Both the position numbers and the translations under genes were made by a program. From an uncultured Gammaproteobacteria bacterium (lineage in GTDB: Bacteria; Pseudomonadota; Gammaproteobacteria; Arenicellales; JAANXG01), in the NCBI GenBank assembly GCA_947259395.1, contig CAMYMN010000005.1, positions 1,494-65,493 on the forward strand: a stretch of 64,000 bases of DNA. Reading direction: 5' to 3'. This document shows positions 55,099 to 64,000 of the stretch, one piece after another. Numbering within the stretch: position 1 is the stretch's first letter; each line of letters starts with the position of its first letter. A model generated the notes under the pieces. The model was not told where the DNA came from. It worked only from the letters and a program-made list of their open reading frames with translations, and made no database searches.

Positions 55099-55421
55099 GA
55101 AACGGCGTATAGAGAACTAGGACGTTTAGTTATCGTCGTTGACGACACGGTGCATTTTCTGAGCCACTACCTGCGCGCTCAACGAGAGAAGAATCTGGAC
55201 GCCGTGGGGGCAATCCGTAATTCCTTCAACACCGTAGGGGGGCGATGTGGATCACTACCGCGACCCTGGCTGCTGATTTTTTGGTGTTGTCGCTCTCCGG
55301 CTACAAGATGAACGCCGACATGGGGCTTCTGTCCGCCATCACCATCACCCTCGCATTGGCGATGGATCTCTTTTTCCTACCGCCGTTGCTTTTGGAAATC
55401 AAAACCGGCATGGGCCATTGA
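55099..55421 (+). pseudogene. C-terminal remnant of an RND/MMPL-superfamily exporter, 5'-truncated and frameshifted
   Basis: The first frame reads GRLVIVVDDTVHFLSHYLRAQREKNLDAVGAIRNSFNTVGG. After a G6 run (55237-55242) the sense continues one base out of register as MWITTATLAADFLVLSLSGYKMNADMGLLSAITITLALAMDLFFLPPLLLEIKTGMGH-stop. Both pieces match the last TM segments of RND transporters. Confidence 0.6.
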
Positions 55422-55489
55422 CGAACGCCGATCCCCGATCACCGGTCCCCGGTCTTGCCTTGAGCTGCGAAACTTAGACCGCCAACTGA

Positions 55490-55810
55490 CTAGTCGCCGG
55501 GCGGGTGGTATTCCACCGATTTCTTCGCCGCCTCGTCGATCTCTTCCGGCGTCATCAGTATCACCGTCTTTACTTGTGACGCACCGGTAGCATTGACAGT
55601 CATGCTCACCGCGGCAGCGCTGGCGTGATCCGGCAAGTCGACAATACCGTAAACGTCGGTATCTCCAAACGCGAAGTAGAAGGTCTCCAGCGTACCGCCC
55701 AAGCCGCGGATCATCCGGTCGACTTGTTCACGCCGGCTCGACCCGCCATCTTTGACAACACCCTTAGTGCCGTGCGCCGTGTACGACGCCGTAAATAAGT
55801 ACTTGGCCAT
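55490..55810 (-). CDS. GYD domain protein
   Basis: AGGAGG lies 6 nt before the ATG at 55810. MAKYLFTASYTAHGTKGVVKDGGSSRREQVDRMIRGLGGTLETFYFAFGDTDVYGIVDLPD matches the GYD family closely. Confidence 0.85.
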   Translation of the reverse strand: MAKYLFTASYTAHGTKGVVKDGGSSRREQVDRMIRGLGGTLETFYFAFGDTDVYGIVDLPDHASAAAVSMTVNATGASQVKTVILMTPEEIDEAAKKSVEYHPPGD

Positions 55811-55920
55811 GTGGTCCTCCTGGTGATGCAGATGCGTTATTCCATGACTCGTGTGCAAATGGCATTCATGTCCCGTTACGCATACCGCTCAAATCGGATT
55901 GCCAAGTGGTAAGACGAAGA

Positions 55921-57111
55921 TTAAGAACTTTCCCGTTTCTCGTTCAACATTCCCACCTCGTTTTTCAACAGTGCGGCCTTGTCGGTGTTTTCCCAGCTAA
56001 AGTCGGGGTCGTCGCGGCCAAAATGCCCGTATGATGCGGTCTTGAGATAGATCGGCCGCTTCAAGTCCAACTCTTTTAATATCGCCGCTGGTGTGAGCGG
56101 AAAATGTTTCCTAACCAACACGGTGATCCAGCCTTCGGGGAATTTATTGGTGCCAAAGCAATCCACGTTGATCGACACCGGCTCAGCGACGCCGATGGCG
56201 TAGGCCAGTTGTATTTCACACCGATCGGCCATGTCTGCCGCCACAACGTTCTTGGCGATATACCTGGCGGCGTAGGCGGCCGACCGGTCCACTTTACTGG
56301 GGTCTTTCCCGGAGAAACACCCGCCACCATGTCTTCCGATTCCACCATAACTATCAACGATGATCTTCCTACCGGTGCAACCGGCATCGGCGTAAGGCCC
56401 GCCCCTAATGAAGAAGCCCGTCGGGTTGACGTAGAACTTGGTATCCTCATCTATCCAGTCCTTGGCTATCGGATTTATCACTTTCTCGATCACCGCCGTC
56501 TTGATCTCATCGTGTTCGACTCCGGCATCATGTTGCGTGGATATCAAGATGGTGTCGGCGCGTTGGGGCTTGCCCGCCTCGTCGTACTCGATGGACACTT
56601 GGGACTTTCCATCCGGCCGCAGCCAACTCAGTTCCTCGTTCTTTCTTGTTTGGGCGAGTCGTCTCGTCAGCTTATGGGCAAGCATGACAGGAAGCGGCAT
56701 GAATTCCGGGGTCTCGTTGCTCGCATAGCCGAACATCATTCCCTGATCGCCGGCCCCTTGCTCTTTGTGCAGGCCCTGTCCTTCGCTCACGCCTATCGAT
56801 ATATCCGGTGACTGCTCGGTGATCTGCGTCCATACCGAACAGGTCTCCCATTCGATACCGTAATGCGAATCCGTGTATCCGATCTGTTTAATGACATCCC
56901 GGGTGATATGCGGAACGTCGACCCATCCCTTCGTTGTCATTTCACCAAACACCATGACGCCGCCGTTCTTCGCTGCGGCCTCAATGGCCACCCTGCTATT
57001 CACATCCTGCCTGAGGGCCTCGTCAAGAATCGCGTCGCTGATCTGGTCGCACATCTTGTCGGGATGTCCTTCGGTAACTGATTCTGAAGTTATGATCCGC
57101 TTTTCAGCCAT
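55921..57111 (-). CDS. metK: S-adenosylmethionine synthetase
   Basis: Hallmark motifs: [53 protein letters not shown]. Confidence 0.97.
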   Translation of the reverse strand: MAEKRIITSESVTEGHPDKMCDQISDAILDEALRQDVNSRVAIEAAAKNGGVMVFGEMTTKGWVDVPHITRDVIKQIGYTDSHYGIEWETCSVWTQITEQSPDISIGVSEGQGLHKEQGAGDQGMMFGYASNETPEFMPLPVMLAHKLTRRLAQTRKNEELSWLRPDGKSQVSIEYDEAGKPQRADTILISTQHDAGVEHDEIKTAVIEKVINPIAKDWIDEDTKFYVNPTGFFIRGGPYADAGCTGRKIIVDSYGGIGRHGGGCFSGKDPSKVDRSAAYAARYIAKNVVAADMADRCEIQLAYAIGVAEPVSINVDCFGTNKFPEGWITVLVRKHFPLTPAAILKELDLKRPIYLKTASYGHFGRDDPDFSWENTDKAALLKNEVGMLNEKRESS

Positions 57112-57260
57112 ATCATCACCTTATTCCAACTGGAGTTATATCAAGTGGTTACGACCAAGTCGAGCCGGCGACACAGCCGATATGAACACGCTAAGTATAC
57201 TGGGAACCCAGAGCAGAGTCCTTCCTCCGAACACCTTTCCCGTGTCATCGTTTATCGGGT

Positions 57261-58034
57261 TCAACTCTGTTCGATGTGGCCACCCAGATCGTGCACTAGC
57301 GATGCGATATCTATAGCTGCTGCGGACACTTGTTCAGAATCCGCACCGCGCACCACTAACGAAACCTGGTATCCAGTATTGGCTCTGCCGGGATAACTGC
57401 CGATACTCAGATCGGCGTACTTGGATTGAATCTCGCGCAGACCCATGGCTACGGTGCCTTCTGGTAAATCACACACCACGGTAGCACTGGTGATGGGCGA
57501 GCGATGTTCGAGCCTCGGCAAAATCTCCTCCACCATCACTTGCATCACCTTGGGGACACCAGCCATGACATAAACGTTACCAATATAAAATCCCGGCGCG
57601 ACCGATATCTGGTTTGCTATCAGTTCGGCGCCCTGCGGGGCGTTGGCCATGCGCAGCCGCGCCTCGTTTACCTCGACGCCGCGAGTTTTAAAGTAATCGA
57701 TCAGCCGGCGTTCTGCCTCGGGATGCCGGATCAGCGGCACATTGAACGCCTTGGCAACACATTCAGCGGTGATGTCGTCGTGGGTGGGACCGATCCCGCC
57801 GGTGGTGAACACATAACTCACACGTTCACGCAGTTCATTGACAGTAGCAATGATTGTTTGTTCGACGTCCGGAATCACGCGGGCCTCTACCAAGTTGATG
57901 CCGACCTCGCTGAGACGCTGCGCCAAATGACTCAGATTCGCATCCTGGGTGCGCCCCGACAACAACTCATTGCCGATCAGGATCAGCGCCGCGGTAATGG
58001 CAGAGTTTTCTTTGCTTGGTTGAGCCATGGCCAT
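57261..58034 (-). CDS. Molybdopterin-binding (MoCF biosynthesis / CinA N-terminal-like) domain protein
   Basis: AALILIGNELLSGRTQDANLSHLAQRL ... VFTTGGIGPTHDDIT is typical of the CinA/MoaB-like MoCF_biosynth domain. Confidence 0.8.
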   Translation of the reverse strand: MAMAQPSKENSAITAALILIGNELLSGRTQDANLSHLAQRLSEVGINLVEARVIPDVEQTIIATVNELRERVSYVFTTGGIGPTHDDITAECVAKAFNVPLIRHPEAERRLIDYFKTRGVEVNEARLRMANAPQGAELIANQISVAPGFYIGNVYVMAGVPKVMQVMVEEILPRLEHRSPITSATVVCDLPEGTVAMGLREIQSKYADLSIGSYPGRANTGYQVSLVVRGADSEQVSAAAIDIASLVHDLGGHIEQS

Positions 58035-58302
58035 AAACTACACCATGTCTTGGGGCACCGAAACCACCTAGTGGTGAAAATGGCCATATCTTGCAGGCAC
58101 ACTGTGTATATTGACGATGGGCCTTGGTATTTTTTTGTCTGTGCGAGATTCTTCCGAGCGGGGCTGATCGTGCGCCGGGTCAATGTGGCGGAGAGGGAAA
58201 CCGTGGACCGGTGTCATTCAGGCATCAATGCAAACGAAGTAAGTAATCTAACAGTGTTACATTGTAGCTACCGGTTAAAGCGGGCGAGTCCGTGGGAAGG
58301 AC

Positions 58303-59310
58303 ATGAATCTTGTGATTTATTTTTTGGTTCTTTTAATTGTGCGCCGCATACCGCGACATTGTCTTATTATCGCGGCGATTACCACCCTAAGCGTCACCAT
58401 TTCTGCAAACGCATCTGATCTTGCAGGTTCCATGACCCGCGAAATTACTGCAAAACAGCTCCGGCAGCATGTCTTACACCTTGCCGACACCATCGGCGAG
58501 CGCAATGTGTTTCGGCCACAGGCGTTGCGTGCGGCACAGGAGTACATCGAAGCGACTTGGCGAGGTCAGGGTTATGATATTGTTGCTCAGGAGTATTCGG
58601 TCAACGCGGTGCGCAGTGCCAACCTGGAAGTCACGCGTGCCGGCGGTCGAAATTCGGAACAAATAATCCTCATCGGCGCCCATTACGATTCGGTGTATGG
58701 CAGTCCGGGGGCCAACGATAATGGCAGCGGTGTTGCCGCACTGCTGGAGTTGTCGCGGTTGTTTGTCGGTACCGAAGCTGAAAAGAGCGTGCGTTTTGTG
58801 GCCTTCACCAATGAGGAGCCGCCTTTTTATGCCACCGATCAGCAAGGTAGTGCAGTCTATGCGCGTAACGCGCGAAAACGCGGCGATAACATACAATTCA
58901 TGGTTGCGCTAGAGACCATAGGCAGCTATTCGAATACCCCGGGCTCCCAGAGCTACCCGCCGCTATTTCGGTTCTTCTATCCAGATCAAGGAAACTTCAT
59001 CGCATTTGTCAGTGATTTCGGCTCCCGCCATGTGATGCGAGAGCTCGTGGGCGCGTACCGGAAATCAACGGATTTTCCCGTCGAACACGTGGCAACGTTT
59101 GCGGCGATCCCTGGGGTCTCTTGGAGTGATCACCGCTCATTTTGGCATCAAGATTACGCTGCGTTGATGATCACCGATACGGCGTTTTACCGATACCGTT
59201 ACTATCACAGCAGCGAGGACACTGCCGATAAGCTGAACTACGACGAGTTTGCCAACATGACCAACGGGTTGTTCCGGGCGCTGTTACTGCTTGCTGAGGG
59301 ATCGGACTGA
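58303..59310 (+). CDS. M28 family metallopeptidase (aminopeptidase)
   Basis: N-terminal hydrophobic leader. GAHYDSVYGSPGANDNGSGVAALLELSR is the zinc-ligand region typical of M28. Confidence 0.85.
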   Translation: MNLVIYFLVLLIVRRIPRHCLIIAAITTLSVTISANASDLAGSMTREITAKQLRQHVLHLADTIGERNVFRPQALRAAQEYIEATWRGQGYDIVAQEYSVNAVRSANLEVTRAGGRNSEQIILIGAHYDSVYGSPGANDNGSGVAALLELSRLFVGTEAEKSVRFVAFTNEEPPFYATDQQGSAVYARNARKRGDNIQFMVALETIGSYSNTPGSQSYPPLFRFFYPDQGNFIAFVSDFGSRHVMRELVGAYRKSTDFPVEHVATFAAIPGVSWSDHRSFWHQDYAALMITDTAFYRYRYYHSSEDTADKLNYDEFANMTNGLFRALLLLAEGSD

Positions 59311-59400
59311 ATAGCCGGGACTCCAGGCGCGTGGTAATCATGCTGCGCCGATGCACCTTCAGGCGGAACAAGCAGCGGTACTCATCACGCTATGTCGAGA

Positions 59401-59883
59401 CTAGTTATCCGGGACTAATTTTGCGGCGCCCCGCCGCCAGGAGCCGTCGGGTTGCAGACACGCAGTGCCGTAAGCCTCGACCTGTTTGCCATGGATAACG
59501 ACGGTGGTCTGATATTCGCGTTCCTGCAGACAGCGACTACTCGGAGCGGTCGTGCGGTACGAGGGTATAACCTCGCGATAAACGACGCGCGGTTGATCGT
59601 ATTCGTAGTAGTGGCGGTGGTAACGATGCGGTGGATAGCGCCTGGGTGCATAGTAGTAGTCATCACGAGGCTGGCTCATGGCATGGCCCAACACAGCGCC
59701 AAACAAGAGCCCGAATCCTAATGCCAGGCCGACGTCGCCACTGTCGTATTTGTGATGTCCGTGATGTTCATAGCCGTGATAGCCGCGGTAGTGCCCACCG
59801 TAATACCCGCCGGCGACGGCGATATTGGTCGCCAGAAACGTCGATAACACCATCGCTAACAGCACCTTGGTCAAGCCACGCAT
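59401..59883 (-). CDS. Secreted/outer-membrane glycine-zipper protein with a His/Tyr-rich region and a surface-antigen-like C-terminus
   Basis: Signal peptide. GGYYGGHYRGYHGYEHHGHHKY, the glycine zipper GLALGFGLLFGAVLG, and a C-terminal CLQEREYQTTVVIHGKQVEAYGTACLQPDGSWR. Confidence 0.6.
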   Translation of the reverse strand: MRGLTKVLLAMVLSTFLATNIAVAGGYYGGHYRGYHGYEHHGHHKYDSGDVGLALGFGLLFGAVLGHAMSQPRDDYYYAPRRYPPHRYHRHYYEYDQPRVVYREVIPSYRTTAPSSRCLQEREYQTTVVIHGKQVEAYGTACLQPDGSWRRGAAKLVPDN

Positions 59884-60005
59884 TAGACATCCTCCTTGGG
59901 AACGTATTGATTATAACGGTGAAAACGTCGATTCGTTGACAGCAATCTCCCTGAAAAACCTAGATGGCGACGATCGGCGGGATGGGCGTAGCATTCGCGT
60001 AGTGA

Positions 60006-61259
60006 CTAGGTGATTAATAATTTGAATATAAAAAAGAATATGATCGCCAGTATCGCGCCCGCGGGAAGTGTGACGACCCATGACATAAAGATATTGCGTA
60101 CCACGTTCAGGTTCAGAGCACCGATACCACGCGCCATGCCCACGCCAAGCACCGCCCCTACCAGGGTATGGGTAGTGGAGATGGGTAGGCCGGTTCCGGA
60201 GGCCATGACGACGGTGGTGGCCGCCGCGAGTTCCGCCGCGAACCCGCGACTCGGTGTCAGCTCGGTGATGTTCTTTCCAACCGTGGCAATCACGCGCGTG
60301 CCGTACATCAACAGCCCGAGGACGATACCAACGCCACCCAATAAAAGTACCCAGACCGGCAAGGGCGATGTCTGCCCCACTTTTCCCGCACTCTGCACCA
60401 CCCCAACGACTGCCGCCACCGGACCGACCGCATTGGCGACATCGTTGGATCCGTGGGCAAACGCCATGGAACAGGCGGTGAAGATCATTAGGACACCGAA
60501 GATCCTTTCCACGTTGGCAAAATGAAACTGCTTGTCGAGCGTCGGATCCATGCGCACGCGGTTGATAAACATCTTTCCAATTCCCATCAACATCAGACCC
60601 ATGATCAGGGCGAGCACGTAACTTTGTCCCGTTGACAGCCCAATACCCACGTGCTTCAAGCCCTTGAGGAGCGTTACCAGCGAGATCACGAATCCCACCA
60701 GGAATATGTACACCGGTACGTAGCGTTTGGCGTTCTTAAACGGGTCTTCGGTTCCAAGAATCAGTCTCTGTACGCTCAGGAACAATATGAACGCGATCGC
60801 ACCGGCAAGCAGCGGCGACACGACCCAGCTGCTGACGATGGAACCGATCCGACCCCAATTGACCGCTTCCACTCCGATCCCGGCGATCGCAAAACCCACG
60901 ATCGATCCGATTATGGAGTGGGTCGTCGATACCGGCCAGCCAAATGTCGACGCAACCAGCAACCAGGTGCCCGCCGCCAGCAGCGCAGCGAGCATACCGA
61001 TGACGAGATATTCCGGCGTATCTGCGACCGTGGTGACATCGATGATCCCTTTGCGTATGGTGGCAGTCACCTCGCCGCCGGCTAAAAACGCCCCAAGAAA
61101 TTCGAACACGGCAGCAATAAGTACCGCCTGACGGATTGTCAACGCACGGGAGCCCACCGAAGTGGCCATCGCGTTCGCAACGTCGTTTGCCCCGATCCCC
61201 CAGGCCATGAAAAGACCGAATACGGCCGCCAAGACAAGGTAGGTGGTGGAGAATTCCAC
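60006..61259 (-). CDS. Inorganic phosphate transporter, PiT family
   Basis: The GANDVANAM signature occurs twice (WGIGANDVANAMATSVG and HGSNDVANAVGPV). About 10 TM helices. Confidence 0.92.
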   Translation of the reverse strand: MEFSTTYLVLAAVFGLFMAWGIGANDVANAMATSVGSRALTIRQAVLIAAVFEFLGAFLAGGEVTATIRKGIIDVTTVADTPEYLVIGMLAALLAAGTWLLVASTFGWPVSTTHSIIGSIVGFAIAGIGVEAVNWGRIGSIVSSWVVSPLLAGAIAFILFLSVQRLILGTEDPFKNAKRYVPVYIFLVGFVISLVTLLKGLKHVGIGLSTGQSYVLALIMGLMLMGIGKMFINRVRMDPTLDKQFHFANVERIFGVLMIFTACSMAFAHGSNDVANAVGPVAAVVGVVQSAGKVGQTSPLPVWVLLLGGVGIVLGLLMYGTRVIATVGKNITELTPSRGFAAELAAATTVVMASGTGLPISTTHTLVGAVLGVGMARGIGALNLNVVRNIFMSWVVTLPAGAILAIIFFFIFKLLIT

Positions 61260-61278
61260 GGGATTGGTCAGTTGGCGC

Positions 61279-61959
61279 TTATCGTGCCAGCAAATATTCG
61301 AGACGGCTGCCGACGCGCTGCGCGAGATCAGCGATCTCCCCTATCCAATCGATAATTTTGTAGAGAAACATTACGTTGACAGGGTTGAGAGTCTCTTCGA
61401 GAGTAAACAAACTTGCACGAATTTTGACTTGCTGTTCATCATTTTGCTTCTCGATGACATCGAGCCGTTTTATCATCGATTCGACCAACTCGACTTCGGC
61501 GCCGCGAAATCCGGTCTCGAAAAGCTCATCCAACTCATTGATGGCGGTGCGCGCCTGTTTGGTTGCTTCCACGGAACGGTTCACAAACTCGACCATCTCG
61601 TCCGCTATCTCGCGCGGGATGACCATCTTGCGACCGAGCATCAGACCCGCGATGTCCTTGGCCTTGTTGGCGACCAAGTCCTGAATGCGCAACATCTCGA
61701 GGAGATCTATGCGCGACACCGGCATGAAGATCCCCTTTGGTAAATGCAGGCGGATATCCCGCTTGATGTCATCGGCTTCGTTCTCCAAGCCACTAATGGC
61801 TTGCTGGATCTCGCCTGCCTGGTCCCAGTCCCCGTTTACAACCGCATCAAAGAACGGTTGTAATTTGGAAACACACGCCACCACTTTTTCCATGTGATGT
61901 TGCATGGGTTTCACTGGGGAGCTGCTGAAAATTCTCGACAAGTAACCGCCGGTCGCCAT
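61279..61959 (-). CDS. DUF47 / TIGR00153-type PhoU-like protein (Pit accessory)
   Basis: Helical PhoU-like sequence directly upstream of the PiT gene. This is the conserved DUF47-Pit pairing. Confidence 0.85.
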   Translation of the reverse strand: MATGGYLSRIFSSSPVKPMQHHMEKVVACVSKLQPFFDAVVNGDWDQAGEIQQAISGLENEADDIKRDIRLHLPKGIFMPVSRIDLLEMLRIQDLVANKAKDIAGLMLGRKMVIPREIADEMVEFVNRSVEATKQARTAINELDELFETGFRGAEVELVESMIKRLDVIEKQNDEQQVKIRASLFTLEETLNPVNVMFLYKIIDWIGEIADLAQRVGSRLEYLLAR

Positions 61960-62344
61960 AGCTGTGATTTCCCGAATGAGATTCGCTTATATTAATGATT
62001 CGCCTCGTTCAAACAAGGGCAGTCCAGCGTATTGCGACGGAAGCAACAATCGAGCTCTGTATAAGAAAAGGTGACAAGATGTTGCGCACAAACGAATTTT
62101 TGTCACTGAATTGGTTGCACATACCAGCACGATCACCACCGCCACACCATCGAAAAAAGCGCGTTAGAACCCCTCCAATAACTGGTCGTCTGCCGACAAT
62201 CAACGCCATGCGGTTGAATCAATTTGGCCTTAGCCGCCGAATTACCCGCTGATGGCCGTAGACATTTCACGACAATGTGTGCAACAGTCAAGGCTCTTAC
62301 ATAGGCTTCACACACATTTGAACAAGTAAAGCAGAGATTGACCA

Positions 62345-62647
62345 TTGGTTAAGCGGACATACAATCCGGGTGATCTGGTGGTATATCAAGTAACCAAACA
62401 TAGCAATCACCCTGGAGTACGGGCGCAGAGTATTACGCCGGCAACAAAGGGAGACCAGTATAGCTATACCGTAAAAAAATTCTGGCGAATCATAGAACAG
62501 ACGCCGGATGGTAACGTTGTCGCCCAAACCCGCCGCGGCAAGCAGCACGAGATCAGTCTAGACGATCCTTGCTTGCGCCCGGTCACCTGGTGGGAACGCA
62601 TTGTTTACCGCACTCGCCTGACGAATCTACACGATGATGAGCAGTAA
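62345..62647 (+). CDS. Hypothetical protein (100 aa)
   Basis: TTG start and no SD. Protein-like sequence (PGDLVVYQV ... YSYTVKKFWRIIEQTPDGNVVAQTRRGKQHEISLDDPCLRPVTWWERI) that I believe recurs in other bacteria. Confidence 0.45.
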   Translation: MVKRTYNPGDLVVYQVTKHSNHPGVRAQSITPATKGDQYSYTVKKFWRIIEQTPDGNVVAQTRRGKQHEISLDDPCLRPVTWWERIVYRTRLTNLHDDEQ

Positions 62648-63120
62648 GTGGCGGGTGGAAAGCGCGAGAGCGGAGCGTTGGGTTAAGTACAAGATACGAA
62701 GTCGGGAACGACATCCCTGTCACAGACTAATCCCAAAAAATATCATTACTTCCCTAAACTTGCGCGGCCTCTACTCGCACCACCGATGAGGGGTCAGGGC
62801 ACCTGAAAAGTACGTTGCTGGAAGATGCCTGTTACTAGTGAATACATCATGCACGCCGCTTCCAAAAAACATTGTTGATTACACACGACTTCAAAAGCGC
62901 GTGCGGTATTGTCAAGCACCAAGGCTTCACGCCCATACCGGCGTGTTGCTGAACATAAACAGTAACAATATCAGGACAAGCCGGTACTGTAGTATTAAAG
63001 ACATTGGGTTACCTTCTCGGTTTGAACACCTCGCATCCGACTCGTGGTCCAAGATTCGACTAGGGGGAAACGCGATCCATAAACGTCGAGCGAAACCGCC
63101 TCCACCAGCGGCCGCGGTAG

Positions 63121-63152
63121 CAAACAAAGAGGCCACCAGTCTCTGGTGGCCT
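63121..63152 (-). terminator. Rho-independent terminator of the phasin gene
   Basis: On the minus strand, GAGGCCACCAG-loop-CTGGTGGCCTC is followed by TTTGTTTG, 22 nt after the phasin stop. Confidence 0.65.
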
Positions 63153-63173
63153 CCGGTTTAGCGCATTCGCTGT

Positions 63174-63518
63174 TTAGGCGACTTTCTTGGTTACGTTCGC
63201 GACGTTCTCGGCGACGACTTTCTGCACATCACTGGCATACTCTTGTCCAATCTCCGCCACTACTTTGGCGTCGTCGGCCAGATTTTTCACGACTTCCTGC
63301 GCAACCTTGCCCTGCTTTGTTATGTATTCCTGCCCGCTCTCCAGATCGGAGATGGCCAGGGCGTCTTTCCAGCTCCCCAGCATCACATCCGCATACTTGC
63401 GCACACTCTCGATATTGAGGTCCACTAGACGCTCGACGTTTGCTAAGGTCAACTGGTTCACTTCTTTGACGACCGCCAACGCGTCGCCGGCTTGCTTGGT
63501 AAGATCAACATTTGCCAT
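63174..63518 (-). CDS. Phasin family protein (PHA granule-associated)
   Basis: 114 aa, all-helical, Ala/Val/Lys/Glu-rich. NQLTLANVERLVDLNIESVRKYADVMLG is a typical phasin N-terminal pattern. Confidence 0.75.
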   Translation of the reverse strand: MANVDLTKQAGDALAVVKEVNQLTLANVERLVDLNIESVRKYADVMLGSWKDALAISDLESGQEYITKQGKVAQEVVKNLADDAKVVAEIGQEYASDVQKVVAENVANVTKKVA

Positions 63519-63547
63519 GGTTTTGCTCCTGATAAATTAATGGTTTC

Positions 63548-63593
63548 GCTATGTTGCGATGCAGCATAGCACAGCTTATGTTGCAGTGCAACA
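63548..63593. promoter_or_regulatory. Two related palindromic operator-like sites upstream of the phasin gene
   Basis: GCTATGTTGC-GAT-GCAGCATAGC (63548-63570) and TGTTGCA-G-TGCAACA (63579-63593). Both contain ATGTTGC-N3-GCA, that is (T/C)TGC-N3-GCA(G/A). Confidence 0.45.
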
Positions 63594-63768
63594 ATAACTA
63601 AATATTTTTGTGCCTGCGAACAAAAATTTGCATAACTACTTGTAAATAAAGGGTTTTAAGTTGTGGATTGAGAAACATAGGTGGCCATCGCTGCCCAGCG
63701 GAAGTATCGCCGGATCCCATCTCGGTGCCAAAACCCGGCACGCTGCGGCACGGGCGCGATAATCCGGC

Positions 63769-64000
63769 ATGGTCTGGCTGCAGTTTTTGATCTGCGTATT
63801 GGTGATCGGCTACGCTGGCATCAAATTGTCGCATTATGGTGACGCCATCGCCGATAAGACCGGGCTCGGAGGCACCTGGATCGGCTTGGTTTTGTTGGCT
63901 TCGGTCACATCTTTGCCGGAACTGGTAACCGGCGTCAGCTCGGTCACGATTGCCAACGTACCCGACATCGCCGTGGGTGACATCTTTGGCAGCTGCGTGT
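63769..64000 (+). CDS. CaCA-family sodium/calcium exchanger (YrbG-like), 3' end outside the window
   Basis: An ATG at 63769 opens a frame that runs to the window edge. [58 protein letters not shown]...GDIFGS carries the alpha-1 repeat motif. Confidence 0.8.
   Translation, partial: MVWLQFLICVLVIGYAGIKLSHYGDAIADKTGLGGTWIGLVLLASVTSLPELVTGVSSVTIANVPDIAVGDIFGSCV

Noticed and set aside
57112-57260. SAM riboswitch upstream of metK
   Set aside because: I read the 150-nt leader on the coding strand and could not find the conserved SAM-I, SAM-II or SAM-V core sequences or their pseudoknot pairings. An Infernal/Rfam scan would be needed to exclude this formally.
57504-58418. 304-aa plus-strand ORF
   Set aside because: It is antisense to the CinA-like gene and runs into the M28 peptidase start. 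It has no motifs and a shadow-frame composition.
1-64000. rRNA, tRNA, tmRNA, prophage, restriction-modification, toxin-antitoxin or cas loci
   Set aside because: Reading both strands revealed no cloverleaf-like or rRNA-like segments. No phage structural genes, methylase/endonuclease pairs or recognisable TA pairs were found either. The absence is by eye only and should be confirmed with tRNAscan, Infernal and defence-system HMMs.

Overview
This window looks like about 64 kb of densely coding, moderately GC-rich chromosome of proteobacterial type. Tat and Sec signal peptides, an OMP beta-barrel, MacAB-like and FbpABC-like transporters and a phasin all fit a Gram-negative host. All calls come from reading the supplied translations and the DNA by eye. 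No homology search was run, so family names rest on motifs and are tentative where stated. I found no rRNA, tRNA, CRISPR array, cas genes or prophage.

Most genes are housekeeping or transport:
- a SulP permease (partial) and an AEC permease
- ybaK, an aldo-keto reductase and a CspA-type cold-shock protein
- a MacAB-like ABC efflux operon and an Fbp-like ABC importer
- the tdh-kbl pair, metK, and the Pit/DUF47 pair
- a phasin and a CaCA exchanger (partial)

The regions worth a second look are:
1. **IS-scarred island (about 42.8-49.7 kb).** Its cargo is a 1125-aa SAM-domain / class III cyclase / P-loop STAND / TPR protein plus a B12-type radical SAM enzyme. Two complementary but order-permuted halves of one DDE-integrase family and an IS91 fragment bracket it. 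A Crp-family cNMP receptor sits directly beside it.
2. **Thiol/metal-flavoured gene run (about 29.6-35.9 kb).** It ends in an ECF sigma factor. The divergent intergenic region there holds two identical, inverted GTAAC-N17-CGTCTAAGA promoter-like motifs. A 64-aa Cys/Met-rich micro-protein sits where an anti-sigma factor would be expected.
3. **Tandem about 70-aa paralogues** resembling cysteine-less YHS domains, next to an orphan DnaJ and a thioredoxin-membrane fusion.
4. **A secreted protein** built largely of MNP repeats.
5. **A second, membrane-bound cyclase** with an internally duplicated periplasmic sensor, paired with an orphan periplasmic binding protein.
6. **Non-coding signals:** a structured leader with an orphan terminator, tandem GC hairpins, PhaR-like operators, and shared palindromes.
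7. **Several decayed genes:** a methyltransferase, an RND exporter and IS remnants.
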